The notes: generated from the sequence alone by a model not told the origin. A stretch of DNA of 64,000 nt from Pseudomonadota bacterium (GCA_043825735.1 JBDRRP010000139.1:64001-128000), one strand, 5' to 3'. Shown: positions 35,843 to 46,369, numbered from the stretch's first letter. Program-made: numbers and translations.

Positions 35843-37139
35843 ACATGAACCAAAGCAGTACCTTGGGCACAAAGTCCGCGAAATCTACGAAATTGACGAT
35901 GAAGTGGGCTACCATGATGGCCGAAAGCGCTCCGGTTTCCAGGTACAGGGCCATGAAGAGGGCCCCCACCGCGGCGGTGGAGAGCACCTGGACCATGCCG
36001 CCGCTCCAGTGAATCAGGCCGAAGGCCGCCGCAGAAACGATAATGATCACCAGGGGGCTGCGGGTGAACCGTGTGAGATACGCTGCCGCGAGGCCCCTGA
36101 ACAGCAGTTCTTCCACCACCGCCACCATCCCCAACCCAAAGATCAGATCGATCCGGTGCCATAGGGGCGAAGTGATCTCGGGTATCCGCCCCAGGCGAAA
36201 CCAGCCCGGAAACCGGCCAAAGAGCAGGCTGGCATTCTGGTCGATGAGGACGCCGAACAGCGCAGCGACCGCGCACGCCAGGGCGGCGGTGGCCATGGGT
36301 GATGGCCGCCGGCCCAGCCCCATGGCGGTCCACCACCCGTCTTTGGCCAGCCAGAGCCATACTGCCAGGGGAAAGAGTTTGACTGCTGTGTAGTCGAGGG
36401 TCAGCCACCACTGCCAGTCGATGCCGGCGATGTTGCTGAAGTCGTTGAGGTAGAAGGGCGCCGCGGTGAGCACCAACGCCGCGGCGGGCACAGAAAGCCG
36501 CCCGGCGTCAACAGCCGACGCAAGCCGGCGCAGTCCCCGCCACGGCGGGCGCTGCTCGGTGCGCTGAATCTGTATTGAAAGCCCTGCACCGACACCTACG
36601 ATGGCCGCCGCCGCCAGGCTGACGACAAGGAGGCCGACCGGGGCCGGCACCAGGTGGCCTGCCAGCGGTCCCAGAGCGCTCACAAGCGCGGCCGCGGCGC
36701 CAAAGCCCCCCGCCCAGCACAAAACGCCAAAGAACACTGTCGGCTGATCGTCCGCGCTGCGGCCCGGACACAGGTCTTTCATGGTCAAGATTCCCCCCGC
36801 GCCGCCGGCAAGAGCAAAGACGATGATTGTGCGGATGGCCATTCTCAACGGATCCCCGGAAGTGAGAAACAGCGGGGTCACCGCCACCGCGCAGACCAGA
36901 GACCAGGTGACGGCGATGAGCACAGACTTGTCGGTGTCCATGCCCGCCCCGATATGAGACGCCGCCCGGGCTGTCAGTCCGCCGCCAACGAATCCCATGA
37001 TTCCCATACAGATCTGGGCCGATAGTTTCGGGGGTGCCTGGAAGATCCGGCACAGCAGGCCGGTGGCCACGGCGGCGAAAAAAGCTGCCATCCAGGCACC
37101 GACAACGGTCGGCAGAATCGATTTCGGGTGAGGATTCAT
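35841..37139 (-). CDS. CPBP (CAAX/Abi) intramembrane metalloprotease with N-terminal membrane extension
   Basis: EELLFRG, FGLIH, HFIVN motifs; many TM segments. Confidence 0.85.
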   Translation of the reverse strand: MNPHPKSILPTVVGAWMAAFFAAVATGLLCRIFQAPPKLSAQICMGIMGFVGGGLTARAASHIGAGMDTDKSVLIAVTWSLVCAVAVTPLFLTSGDPLRMAIRTIIVFALAGGAGGILTMKDLCPGRSADDQPTVFFGVLCWAGGFGAAAALVSALGPLAGHLVPAPVGLLVVSLAAAAIVGVGAGLSIQIQRTEQRPPWRGLRRLASAVDAGRLSVPAAALVLTAAPFYLNDFSNIAGIDWQWWLTLDYTAVKLFPLAVWLWLAKDGWWTAMGLGRRPSPMATAALACAVAALFGVLIDQNASLLFGRFPGWFRLGRIPEITSPLWHRIDLIFGLGMVAVVEELLFRGLAAAYLTRFTRSPLVIIIVSAAAFGLIHWSGGMVQVLSTAAVGALFMALYLETGALSAIMVAHFIVNFVDFADFVPKVLLWFM

Positions 37140-37295
37140 GGACGTGTGGTCACGGTGGGATCTCTGTCAGTGGACTTTACAGGTTGTCAGCGGGATGCAC
37201 GATCGACGCCGCCATCGACTACCATGGAAACCGGGCACTCGTCCAATCATTATCGGTATTTCAGCACCTTGCCGGTTGGCCGAGACAGTATCTGT

Positions 37296-37312
37296 TTGGC
37301 ACGGTGCTTGCG
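37296..37312 (+). promoter_or_regulatory. Sigma-54 promoter of the USP gene
   Basis: TTGGCAC-GGTGC-TTGCG, ~47 bp upstream of ATG 37359. Confidence 0.85.
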
Positions 37313-37358
37313 AATTATAAATTTCAAGTCAGCTAACCCGTGATAGAGGAGACCGGTT

Positions 37359-38288
37359 ATGGAACGAAAGATTCTCGTTGCGGTGGACGACTCGCCATAT
37401 ACGAAAAAGTGTCTTGCTTACATCGCCGATCTGTTTTCCGGCGTTCCCAAATTCTGCTGCACGCTGTGTCATATCCGACCCATTGTGCCGCCCTTTCTTT
37501 ACGACGAAGCCGCTAAGGATCCCTGGGCGAATGCCGAACTCATTCGCATCGGGAAAAAGAATGCCCAGGCCGCCGAGCGGAAGGTGGCCGGGGCCAAGGT
37601 CGCTCTTATGGGCATGGGGTTCCCCGAAAACCGCATTAGCGTTTCCACGCCTTCTCGCCGGGAAGGTGTGGCCAAGGATATCCTGGAATTCGCCCTGGCC
37701 GGCATGTTCGATGCCATTGTCGTCGGCCGCCGCGGGATATCCGGTTTGCAGCAGGCGCTCATGGGCAGCGTCAGCGCCAAGCTGGTGGAGCACTGCCAGG
37801 CCAGCCCAGTATGGGTGCTGGACGGCAATCCCAAGGGCCGGCGGTTTCTGCTGGCCGTTGACGGCTCTGAGAATGCCATGCGCCTGGTGGATCATGTGGG
37901 CTTTATCCTTGCCGGCGATCCCGCGGCCCATGTCATTTTGTTTCATGTGCCCCAGAGTACCGGCGATTTTGTTGAGAGCGGCGTAGCGGCAAAAAGCTCC
38001 GATATCGACCGTTTCGTCAAGGATGGCGACCGCTCCATGATTGGTGCATGGTTCGACCGTGCCGAATACGTCCTGGGCAACGCCGGGCTTGGCAGCCGCC
38101 AGATCGAGCGGGTGATCGCCCGCGGTCAGGGGCGCACGGCCAAGCGCATTTTAGAGACGGCCGCCAAAAAGGACTGCACAACCGTCGTTGTGGGAAAGCG
38201 CGGGATCAACAAGGCATTCTTTTTTGGCAGCGTCTCCCACGCCGTGGCCCACGGCATTCGAAATCGGGCCATGTGGTTGGTTCCCTAA
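37359..38288 (+). CDS. Tandem universal stress protein
   Basis: KILVAVDDS...VVGRRG...GSVS; second domain LLAVDGS...VGKRG...GSVS. Confidence 0.93.
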   Translation: MERKILVAVDDSPYTKKCLAYIADLFSGVPKFCCTLCHIRPIVPPFLYDEAAKDPWANAELIRIGKKNAQAAERKVAGAKVALMGMGFPENRISVSTPSRREGVAKDILEFALAGMFDAIVVGRRGISGLQQALMGSVSAKLVEHCQASPVWVLDGNPKGRRFLLAVDGSENAMRLVDHVGFILAGDPAAHVILFHVPQSTGDFVESGVAAKSSDIDRFVKDGDRSMIGAWFDRAEYVLGNAGLGSRQIERVIARGQGRTAKRILETAAKKDCTTVVVGKRGINKAFFFGSVSHAVAHGIRNRAMWLVP

Positions 38289-38343
38289 AGGGCCGGTGCT
38301 GGATCGGGCCGATTCTTCGGTCCGTGCCTGTTTTAAGGGATGC

Positions 38344-39189
38344 TCATCCTGCCTTTTTCAACTCTGACTGAATTTGCTCAACAAGGGCTTCCTCCGAGCG
38401 GCCCCGCATCTGGACGCCGTTGATATATATCGTTGGCGTTCCTTTGACACCGATCTGCTGGCCGTTGTTCATGTCCGCCGCGACCATGTCCTGGAGGGCC
38501 TTGTCTTTGCGGTCCTTCTGGAACCGGTCCATGTTGAGGCCGATAGCCACGGCGCTCTGGTTGATCTTGTCTTCGTCAAGGTCTTTGAAGTGTTTAAAGA
38601 CTTCGCTGTGAAACTCCCAGAATTTCCCCTGGCGATGGGCCGCCAAAGCGGCTACGGCTGCGCTGAAAGCGTGCTTGTGGATGTTGGTCAGCGGATAGTG
38701 CTTGATGACGAGTTTGACTTCCTTAGGGAATTGTTTGGAGATTTTTTCCAGGAGTGGTTCCAGCCGGGCGCAGTAAGGGCACTGGTAGTCGTCGAAGACA
38801 GCGATGGTGACCGGGGCGTCGGCGGGGCCTTTGAAGGGGCGATTGTCGGTGACGATGGGCTGAATATCATCAATGCGCATGATTTCCATGCGTTTGTCCA
38901 CGGTGGCAGTGAGCACCATGAGATCGCCCAGGGCCACATCAATACGGTCATAGGCACGGCTGAGGGCCACTTCCCGGACAACGGCTTTGCGCTCAATGTC
39001 ATAAATCATTACCGTCTTGCCGGTGAGGATGTAGACGATCTTGCCGTCGATGGACGCGGCGACGTCAACCGGCGGGCTGTTAAGTGCGACCGTTTCTAAT
39101 GAAAACAGCTCCACCTCGGCCCCGGCAGGGGCCGCCAAGAAAATGACCCCACACAGCAGCAGCGGGAAAAACCACCTGAACGCTTTCAT
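38344..39189 (-). CDS. Exported DsbA/thioredoxin-fold protein
   Basis: Signal peptide; KGPADAPVTIAVFDDYQCPYC; GVKGTPT. Confidence 0.9.
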   Translation of the reverse strand: MKAFRWFFPLLLCGVIFLAAPAGAEVELFSLETVALNSPPVDVAASIDGKIVYILTGKTVMIYDIERKAVVREVALSRAYDRIDVALGDLMVLTATVDKRMEIMRIDDIQPIVTDNRPFKGPADAPVTIAVFDDYQCPYCARLEPLLEKISKQFPKEVKLVIKHYPLTNIHKHAFSAAVAALAAHRQGKFWEFHSEVFKHFKDLDEDKINQSAVAIGLNMDRFQKDRKDKALQDMVAADMNNGQQIGVKGTPTIYINGVQMRGRSEEALVEQIQSELKKAG

Positions 39190-39240
39190 GTTGAACCTCC
39201 GAATCCGTCTGAGAATGTCGCGCAATTCAATTTCCCGCAG

Positions 39241-39269
39241 TTCTCTGCGTCTTCGCGCCTCTGCGCGAG
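39241..39269. repeat. Solo CGCAGAG-periodic arm
   Basis: TTCTCTGCGTCTTCGCGCCTCTGCGCGAG, similar to 16548 and 29506. Confidence 0.6.
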
Positions 39270-39332
39270 GAATGTTCTTTTTGTAGGACAATATCCGTCG
39301 CTCTGCAAGGGCAGGGGCGGCACCCGCCGGGC

Positions 39333-40115
39333 TTACCGGAAGATCTCCTGGAAAAACTGGCGCATCCCGGCCCACGAACGCTCGTCCGCGGTCCGGTCGT
39401 AGGCCAGCGCAGGAAGGCCATAGTCGCCGGCGCCCGGGTTGGTGAAACCGTGACGGGCCCCCCCGTAGAAGTTCATTTCCCAATTGAGGCCGGACGCCGT
39501 CATGGCGGCCAGATAGGCCTGAACCTGTTCGGGTTTTATAAAGGGATCGGCAGCCCCGTGGTTGATGAGAATCGCGGCCTTGACGCGCGCGGCCGCATCC
39601 GCCGGCGGCGGGATGGGCGTCCCGTGGAAGCTCACCACGCCTTTAAGCGGCGCGCCGCTGTAGGCCAGCTGCTGGACGGTGGCCCCGCCAAAGCAGTAAC
39701 CGATGGCGGCGATCCGCTCGGGGTCCGTGCGTTCTTCCGAGCGCAGCACGGCCAGACCGGCATTGGCCCGGTCCTGCCAGAAGGCCACGTTTTTGGTTGT
39801 TTCCTTCATCCATTCGGATGCCTGCCTGGGGTGCTCGGTAACCCTGCCCTTTCCGTACATATCCAGGGCGAAGGCCACAAATCCCAGTTCTGCCAGCTGG
39901 CGAACCCGCTGTTTCACGTAATCGTTCATGCCCCACCACTCATGGACGACCAGCACGCCGGGGCGCCGGCTGGTGGTGGCATCGTCATAGGCCAGAACAC
40001 CCTGGAGGGCGGTGCCGCCGTGCTGGTAGTTGATTACCTTTTCGATCACCTGGGCCGTCGCCGGGGGCGCCAGCAGGCCTATTACCGCTATCGCTATTAG
40101 GATATTTTTGATCAT
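39333..40115 (-). CDS. Dienelactone hydrolase family protein (exported)
   Basis: HEWWG, GYCFGG, HGAADP, HGFTNP; signal peptide. Confidence 0.93.
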   Translation of the reverse strand: MIKNILIAIAVIGLLAPPATAQVIEKVINYQHGGTALQGVLAYDDATTSRRPGVLVVHEWWGMNDYVKQRVRQLAELGFVAFALDMYGKGRVTEHPRQASEWMKETTKNVAFWQDRANAGLAVLRSEERTDPERIAAIGYCFGGATVQQLAYSGAPLKGVVSFHGTPIPPPADAAARVKAAILINHGAADPFIKPEQVQAYLAAMTASGLNWEMNFYGGARHGFTNPGAGDYGLPALAYDRTADERSWAGMRQFFQEIFR

Positions 40116-40244
40116 GGTGCACCTCGCTTGTGCAAACCGGACCGTGTGGTCCGGGAGGGGTCATTGGTATCTGGCGAACATAAGGACGGCAAGCCGGTGA
40201 GGCAAGTCTTGTAAAAGCCCCCGGAAACCGATACCCATTGTCGC

Positions 40245-41090
40245 ATGGAAGACATCCGCCCCATCGTTGCGTCGTCGCCGGCCCCGATACTGCGACCCGG
40301 GGTGCTGCCGGGGGTGACGCTGCTATCGGCCTGCTACCGGGCACAGCGTTTCAGCCGGCACACTCACGACGGCTATGCGCTGGGGGTTATCGAAGCGGGT
40401 GCTTTGGGGTTTGACTACCGCGGTGCCCATGTCGTTGCCCCGGCCGGTGCTGTCAACCTGGTGGTTCCCGGCGAGCCCCACGACGGGCACGCCGCTGCCG
40501 CCGGAGGATGGCGCTACCGGATGTTTTATTTCACGCCGGATGTTTTCTGCGAGGCCGCCGCCCAGATGGCTGACGGCCCTCGGGATCTGCCCTGGTTTTC
40601 CAGCGGCGTGCTCCGCGACGATGCGCTGGCCGCCATGGTGCTTGAAACGCATGGCTGCTTGTCGGATCCGGAGACATCGCTACTGGAACGGCAGAGCCGG
40701 CTGCTGGCGCTGGTGACCACATTCATTCGACGCCATGCCGATGACCGGCCGCCGGAAAAAACGGTGGGTCAAGAGATCGGACCCTTGGCCCGGGTCAGGG
40801 ACGCCATACATGCCCGCTGTGGCGAGGTGGTCTCTCTTGACGAACTGGCCCGGGTCTCCGGCCTGAGCCCTTACCATTTGATCCGGGCCTTCTACCGGGC
40901 CTTCGGTCTTACGCCCCATGCCTACCTCATTCAGACACGGGTCTCGGCGGCACGCCGACGCATCGAGGCGGGCATGCCACTGTCGGCCGCCGCGCTGGAG
41001 AGCGGGTTTTGTGATCAGAGCCATCTCAACCGGCATTTCAGACGGATCGTGGGCTTGTCTCCGGGTCAGTACCGCAATTTTGTCCAATAA
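40245..41090 (+). CDS. AraC family transcriptional regulator
   Basis: FSRHTH cupin; LSPYHLIRAF...GFCDQSHLNRHF. Confidence 0.92.
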   Translation: MEDIRPIVASSPAPILRPGVLPGVTLLSACYRAQRFSRHTHDGYALGVIEAGALGFDYRGAHVVAPAGAVNLVVPGEPHDGHAAAAGGWRYRMFYFTPDVFCEAAAQMADGPRDLPWFSSGVLRDDALAAMVLETHGCLSDPETSLLERQSRLLALVTTFIRRHADDRPPEKTVGQEIGPLARVRDAIHARCGEVVSLDELARVSGLSPYHLIRAFYRAFGLTPHAYLIQTRVSAARRRIEAGMPLSAAALESGFCDQSHLNRHFRRIVGLSPGQYRNFVQ

Positions 41091-41158
41091 CTGCAACGCC
41101 ATCTCCGCTAAGGTAACCTCCCGATGACATGTAACACATTGCCGATGGAGGTATTACC

Positions 41159-41959
41159 ATGATCGATTACGTACACGGATACACGGAAAGGGAAGCGCAG
41201 CGGCTTATCGACCAGGCCGACACCCTGGCGGCGCTGCTCCATCACGGCACGACGTATACGGCGGGCAGTCGGGTGCTGGAGGCGGGCTGTGGTACCGGCG
41301 CCCAGAGTGTTCACCTGGTCGCCAACAGTCCGGACGCTGTTTTTACGGCTGTCGACCGATCCGGTGAATCCCTGGCCGCGGCCAGGCTGGCCGCGGCCCG
41401 CAGCGGAAAGGGCCGGGTGAGTTTCCATCAGGCGGACATCACCGCGCTGCCCATGGCTGACGACACCTTCGATGATGCCTTTGTTTGTTTTCTTCTGGAG
41501 CACTTGCCGGCGCCTGAGCGGGCCCTGGCTGAAATTGCCCGGGTGGTGGTCCCCGGCGGCACGGTCACTGTCATCGAGGGGGATCACGGCACCTATTTCT
41601 GCCATCCCCGCAGCCCGGCAGCGGACCGTGTGGTGGATTGCCTGGTGACCCTTCAGGCGCAAAAGGGCGGCGACGCCCTCATCGGCCGGCGACTATACCC
41701 GCTGCTGGCCTCCGCCGGCTGCAGGGAGATCCGCGTATCGCCCCGCATGGTCTATGTGGATGCCAGCCGGCCGCAACTGGTGGACGGTTTTACGAAAAAC
41801 ACCTTTATCGCCATGGTGGCCGGGGTGCGGGAGGAAGCGCTGGCCCAGGGGTTGGTGACGCCGGCTGCCTGGCAGGCGGGTATGGACGCCCTCAACCGGG
41901 CAACAGCGCCGGACGGGGTGTTCGGCTACACGTTTTTCAAGGCCACGGCCATCGTGTGA
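41159..41959 (+). CDS. Class I SAM-dependent methyltransferase
   Basis: VLEAGCGTG, FDDAFVCFLLEHL. Confidence 0.92.
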   Translation: MIDYVHGYTEREAQRLIDQADTLAALLHHGTTYTAGSRVLEAGCGTGAQSVHLVANSPDAVFTAVDRSGESLAAARLAAARSGKGRVSFHQADITALPMADDTFDDAFVCFLLEHLPAPERALAEIARVVVPGGTVTVIEGDHGTYFCHPRSPAADRVVDCLVTLQAQKGGDALIGRRLYPLLASAGCREIRVSPRMVYVDASRPQLVDGFTKNTFIAMVAGVREEALAQGLVTPAAWQAGMDALNRATAPDGVFGYTFFKATAIV

Positions 41960-41991
41960 CAGGGCGCGGCCTTTCTGGTAGGGAAGCTTTC

Positions 41992-42453
41992 ATGGCTGAA
42001 GGACACAAAACACAGATTGTTCCCAAGGAGGCCGCCATCTTTTGGATGGATGGCGAGGGCCGCTGGCACAACGCCCACGGACCATTTGAAAACCCGAAGA
42101 TCAGCGCGTATTTTCACAGCTGCATCGACCGGGACGCCGACGGTTTTTTTCTGCGCCAGGAGCGCGACGGGATTTTGGAGAAAGTCTATTTTTCCGCGGC
42201 CGATACGGCCTTGTTCGTCTTTCGGGTCGACATCGGCGAGGCCGTGTCTCTTACCCTCAACACCGGGCGCACCCTGCGTCTGGATCCCGCAGCGCTGTTT
42301 ATCCGAAATGACCGCCTCTACCTCACGACGGAAGACGGCCGGATCAAGTTCTCCGAGAGTGCGACCATGAAACTGGCGCAGTATCTGGATGAGGACGCCG
42401 AGGGGATGGTTTTCAACTTCGGTGGTGTGAAAACACCGGTGCGGGAAGAATAA
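41992..42453 (+). CDS. Conserved hypothetical protein (DUF1285-like)
   Basis: FWMDGEGRWHN.HG.F...EKVYF...DTALFV. Confidence 0.65.
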   Translation: MAEGHKTQIVPKEAAIFWMDGEGRWHNAHGPFENPKISAYFHSCIDRDADGFFLRQERDGILEKVYFSAADTALFVFRVDIGEAVSLTLNTGRTLRLDPAALFIRNDRLYLTTEDGRIKFSESATMKLAQYLDEDAEGMVFNFGGVKTPVREE

Positions 42454-42489
42454 ACGTCGCTCTGGGCCAAAAGATGCCGCTTGAAATTC

Positions 42490-42637
42490 CAGTGCCCATT
42501 CACAAGTGGTAGATTTTGGTTCAGAGCAAGGCCTGAGCATTTTCGAAACCGGAGGAATAGCGGAGCTATTTCGAGGATTTCGAAAAGTGCGAAAACGCCG
42601 CTCTGGGCCAAAAGATGCCGCTTGTGAATGGGCACTA
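42490..42637 (-). mobile_element. MITE-like element, family B, full copy (partial duplicate at 42452-42484)
   Basis: Perfect 16-bp TIR AGTGCCCATTCACAAG/CTTGTGAATGGGCACT; internal palindromes; terminal TAG is the stop of 42635..43051. Confidence 0.85.
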
Positions 42638-43051
42638 GTTGATGCGGGTCATTACCACCTGCCGCCGGTGGGTGGACACCAGGCGGTAGCTGCGGCCGCC
42701 CAGGTTGACCAGTTCTCCTTCGGCAGATCGCGGGATGCGCCGGGGATAGGCGTATTCGCGATCCAGGTCCAGCAGGTAAAGGTCCACACACGCACTGTCG
42801 TCTTCAAGTCCCCGGTAGACCAGGCGGGTCCGGTCAATCGTTACCGCCTCGCCCTTCATCAGCACGACCCGTTGGTCCGTGACCGAGGACAGTGTGAGCG
42901 ACGCGCGTACGGTGGCGGTGTTCTTGGCCCACTCGGCATAGTACGGGTCCACCTGCCCGGCCACGATACGGTAGAGCAGCCCACCGATGGTGACGATGAC
43001 GGTTCCCAGAAAAATGGTGGAAATCCATTGCTGCGTACGGGTCATTTTCAT
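42635..43051 (-). CDS. Hypothetical membrane-anchored protein
   Basis: N-terminal TM helix; GGAG RBS; protein-like composition. Confidence 0.65.
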   Translation of the reverse strand: MKMTRTQQWISTIFLGTVIVTIGGLLYRIVAGQVDPYYAEWAKNTATVRASLTLSSVTDQRVVLMKGEAVTIDRTRLVYRGLEDDSACVDLYLLDLDREYAYPRRIPRSAEGELVNLGGRSYRLVSTHRRQVVMTRIN

Positions 43052-43246
43052 GATCCCATCTCCCCAACGGTTTCCGGTTATACTGGTCGGTGGTCAGACG
43101 TGGTGCCGGCGCAGGTAATGGTGCAGCAGGTCGCGGTCGAGAATGAGCTCTATACAATTAATGAATAAAATACAGTTAATGATTATTCGTGTCAACCGAG
43201 GATTGCCCATACGGTATCTTGGTATCACGGTGAGGTACGTTAGCCG

Positions 43247-43272
43247 GTAGGGGCGGGACCCCGTGCCCGCCC
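43247..43272. repeat. GTAG-type REP-like palindrome
   Basis: GTAGGGGCGGGACCCCGTGCCCGCCC, similar to 751-776. Confidence 0.65.
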
Positions 43273-43289
43273 TTTGCGTCGTATACCCT

Positions 43290-43456
43290 TAGAGCTATTG
43301 ACATAAATACGTTCCGTTTGCACAACACCTCCTGGTGACCATCGCAAATCGAAATCGCTATAGGTATCGCTATCGGCCTTGGAACCCATCGATATCGATC
43401 CCGACCCCGAGAGGATCTTTGGGATGAAACGGAACATTATTCTGGCAATGACTCTA
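43290..43456 (-). mobile_element. MITE-like element, family A copy 2
   Basis: 30-bp imperfect TIRs TAGAGCTATTGACATAAATACGTTCCGTTT / AAACGGAACATTATTCTGGCAATGACTCTA; terminal TAG is the azlD stop. Confidence 0.8.
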
Positions 43457-43762
43457 AAACGGCAGTTGGCGGCGGAGGGCCACGATGGCCATGCCCACCG
43501 CCATGGACAGAAACGTGCTGCCCGTGCGGGCGGCGCAAAGAACGGTTGCGCCGGCGGCCAGGATGCCCCAGGGGCCTGCCGCCAGGATTCCCGGCGCTAC
43601 CAGGGCCACCAGGATGGCACCGGGCAGGGCGTCCATGACGCGTTTGAAGGCGCCCCCGCGAGGCAGGCGGGCGGCCAGCAGCAGACCACCGAGCCGGAGG
43701 GCGTAAGTGACGCCGGCTGCGCCGGCGATGGCCAGGGCAGTGGTTGACGTGTCAGGGCTCAT
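43454..43762 (-). CDS. azlD: AzlD family membrane protein
   Basis: VTYALRLGG...ALPGAILVALVAP; overlaps the azlC end. Confidence 0.85.
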   Translation of the reverse strand: MSPDTSTTALAIAGAAGVTYALRLGGLLLAARLPRGGAFKRVMDALPGAILVALVAPGILAAGPWGILAAGATVLCAARTGSTFLSMAVGMAIVALRRQLPF

Positions 43763-44492
43763 GGGGGGCCGCCACTGCGGTCTCTTCCAGCGTCGTCGGC
43801 ATGGCGGCGCTGGTGTCCAGGGTGCCTGGTTGGATCAGGGCGGTGAGTGCGCCCGCGATGCCTCCCACCACCACGTACCACTTCCCAGGCAACAGGTGCT
43901 CGCTTACGATGGCGCCAACGGCCGCCACCGCCCAGGGCAACAGATCGGTTCTGCCCCGCCACAGGCTCACCGCGAGAGCGGTGAAAACCGCCACGAAAGC
44001 GAAATCCAGGGCAAAGACCGCCGGGTCCGTGATCACAGCCCCCATGGCGTGCCCGGCCAGCGTGCCGCCACACCAGAAGGTGATGAGGCACAGGCCGCCC
44101 CCCAGCAAAAACCCGGTGCTGGCCCGTCCGCGACGATGCTCGGCCATGGTGACGGCCCAGTTCTCGTCGGCCACCAGATGCATGAGCAGGGCCTTGCGGA
44201 TCAGTGAGCTGCCGCGAAACAGAGGCTCCAGGGATGCGCCGATAAGCAGGTAGCGCAGGTTGATGATCCAGACGGCCGCCACGATTTCCGCGATGGGCAG
44301 GGGCGGCAGCCACAGTTCCACCATGACGAACTGCGCCGAGCCGGCAAACACTGACAGGTTCATGACCAGCAGGGTTCCCAGGCCGATACCCCGCTGGGCG
44401 GCGAGCATCCCCAGCACACTGCCATAGGCCGCCACGCTGGCCGCCACCGGCAGGTTGGCGACAGCGCCGCGTTTCAAATCGTTCCATTGCAT
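43752..44492 (-). CDS. azlC: AzlC family amino-acid exporter permease
   Basis: SVFAGSAQF, INLRYLL, ADENWA, LDFAF. Confidence 0.92.
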   Translation of the reverse strand: MQWNDLKRGAVANLPVAASVAAYGSVLGMLAAQRGIGLGTLLVMNLSVFAGSAQFVMVELWLPPLPIAEIVAAVWIINLRYLLIGASLEPLFRGSSLIRKALLMHLVADENWAVTMAEHRRGRASTGFLLGGGLCLITFWCGGTLAGHAMGAVITDPAVFALDFAFVAVFTALAVSLWRGRTDLLPWAVAAVGAIVSEHLLPGKWYVVVGGIAGALTALIQPGTLDTSAAMPTTLEETAVAAPHEP

Positions 44493-44515
44493 CGCACTCC
44501 TCCAACAACTGTCGC

Positions 44516-44791
44516 TTAGGGCGTGCAGTGGGCGCCGATCGTCAGGCTGGCCGCCACCGCCACCGCCATCCAGAAAACAGATTTTATGGCTTCCCACCAT
44601 GGCGGCGCCGGTCGCCGTATCCTGCCGTCATCTCGCTCCGGGGTCTCAGGGGCGAGCAGAAACAGGGTGAACGCAGCGACCCCTTTCCGCAGTAATCGAC
44701 GGTGATCGGGCAACGCTGCCTCCTTGCGCATCGCGCGGTAACCCGCACCGGCGGCGCGGTTCCAGTTATCCGGGTGATAAAATGTTTTCAT
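44516..44791 (-). CDS. Hypothetical small protein upstream of azlC
   Basis: ORF fills the gap between the operator and azlC; C-terminal hydrophobic helix; no family recognised. Confidence 0.4.
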   Translation of the reverse strand: MKTFYHPDNWNRAAGAGYRAMRKEAALPDHRRLLRKGVAAFTLFLLAPETPERDDGRIRRPAPPWWEAIKSVFWMAVAVAASLTIGAHCTP

Positions 44792-44842
44792 GGTGTTTTC
44801 CGCCATATTGCAGTTTGCCAATTCATATCGGTTATGAGAAAC

Positions 44843-44882
44843 AATAACAGATACAGAAATTAAAAATTTTGACCATAACAGT
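44843..44882. promoter_or_regulatory. Candidate MocR-type operator
   Basis: Direct repeats ATAACAG-ATACAG...CCATAACAG between the divergent mocR-like gene and azlCD. Confidence 0.55.
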
Positions 44883-44897
44883 TAGCGGGGCCAGCCC

Positions 44898-46346
44898 ATG
44901 CCATTTCGTTACGATACCCTTGCCGATGAAATCGAATCGAAAATTACAACGGGTGTATACAAGTCCGGAGAGCGGTTGCCGTCCATCCGGCGCCTTCAGG
45001 CCACCACGGGCTACAGCCTCACCACGGTCTACCGGGCCTTCATCGAGCTTGAGCAGCGGGGGCTGGTGAGTCCACGGGAAAAATCCGGATACTTTGTGAA
45101 GGCCCGCAGCGGTATTTTGCCAGTGCCAGATGTGAAGCATTACCGGCCCCGGGCCCAAAAGGTCACCATCAATTCCCTGGCGGGAGCCATTGTGGAGGCC
45201 ATGGGAGACCTGTCGTACCTTCAGCTTGGCGGCACCCTCACCGCCCCCGGGCTGCTACCGGTCAAGGCGCTGGGAAATTTTCTCAAGGCGATGCCGGCAA
45301 AGCGGATCCGGGATGCGTTCACCACATACGAACACCCCTGCGGCAATCCGGGTCTTCGCCATCAGCTGGCCCGGCGATCGGTGAATCTGTTTCAGGGGGT
45401 CGATGCCGAAGAGGTCATCGTCACCGGAGGATGCATCGAGGCGGTGAGTTTTTGCCTTCGGGCAGTGGCCGGCCCCGGCAGTACCGTTATCGTGGCGTCG
45501 CCCACCTATCCCTGGTTTTTACAGATCATCGAGGACCTGAACATGCTGGCTCTGGAGCTGCCGACCGACCCGCGCACCGGCATCGACCTGGACGCGATGG
45601 AACGGGCCGTTTCCGAGCACCCCGTGGCCGCGTGCATTCTCGTGCCCAATTTTCACAATCCCCTGGGGTTTCTCATGCCCGAAGACCGCAAGCAGCGGAT
45701 AGTGCGTTTTCTCAACGGAAAAAACATACCCGTCATCGAAGACGATATCCACGGTGAGCTGTACTTCGGCGGTGTCCGCCCCAGCACGCTCAAATCCTAT
45801 GACCGCAAGGGACTGATCATGTACTGCTCGTCATTTTCCAAGATGCTGGCCCCGGGCCTCAGGGTCGGCTGGACCCTGCCCGGTCGGTTCAGGGACGCGG
45901 TGCGCCGTTTGAAGCTCAACCACACCATCGCGGCCCCGTCACTGAACCAGCAGGTGATTGCTGAATTTATGACCGGCGGTGCTTTCGACCGTCACATGCG
46001 GAAGCTTCGCTCGGCCTTAAAGCACCAGGTCAGCCAGATGACCACCGCCATTGCGCAGGCCTTTCCCGCCGGCACACGGATCACCTCGCCCATGGGCGGA
46101 CTGATGCTCTGGGTGGAGCTGGACCCGTCGGTGGACGGTCTGGCGGTGTTCAATGCGGCCCGGCGTGAGCGGATCGCCATTTTGCCCGGTATCATGTGCT
46201 CCACCACCGGGCGCTACGGCAATTTCATCCGCATCTCCTGCGGATTTCCAATGGACGCGGCCATCAGCCGCGGCATCGACACGCTGGGAAGCATCGTCAG
46301 CCGGATGACTGCCGAAGCCCACCACCGGGTCCGGCAACGTGCTTGA
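44898..46346 (+). CDS. MocR/GntR regulator with PLP-dependent aminotransferase domain
   Basis: GERLPSIR wHTH; PNFHNPLG, IEDDIH, SSFSKMLAPGLRVGW. Confidence 0.94.
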   Translation: MPFRYDTLADEIESKITTGVYKSGERLPSIRRLQATTGYSLTTVYRAFIELEQRGLVSPREKSGYFVKARSGILPVPDVKHYRPRAQKVTINSLAGAIVEAMGDLSYLQLGGTLTAPGLLPVKALGNFLKAMPAKRIRDAFTTYEHPCGNPGLRHQLARRSVNLFQGVDAEEVIVTGGCIEAVSFCLRAVAGPGSTVIVASPTYPWFLQIIEDLNMLALELPTDPRTGIDLDAMERAVSEHPVAACILVPNFHNPLGFLMPEDRKQRIVRFLNGKNIPVIEDDIHGELYFGGVRPSTLKSYDRKGLIMYCSSFSKMLAPGLRVGWTLPGRFRDAVRRLKLNHTIAAPSLNQQVIAEFMTGGAFDRHMRKLRSALKHQVSQMTTAIAQAFPAGTRITSPMGGLMLWVELDPSVDGLAVFNAARRERIAILPGIMCSTTGRYGNFIRISCGFPMDAAISRGIDTLGSIVSRMTAEAHHRVRQRA

Positions 46347-46369
46347 CAACCCCGCGCCGATGCCAAGCC

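Noticed and set aside
42506..43168. Paralogous-looking ORFs sharing VDFGSEQGLSIFETGG (also 50931..51200)
   Set aside because: The similarity comes from the non-coding family B MITE read through in frame.
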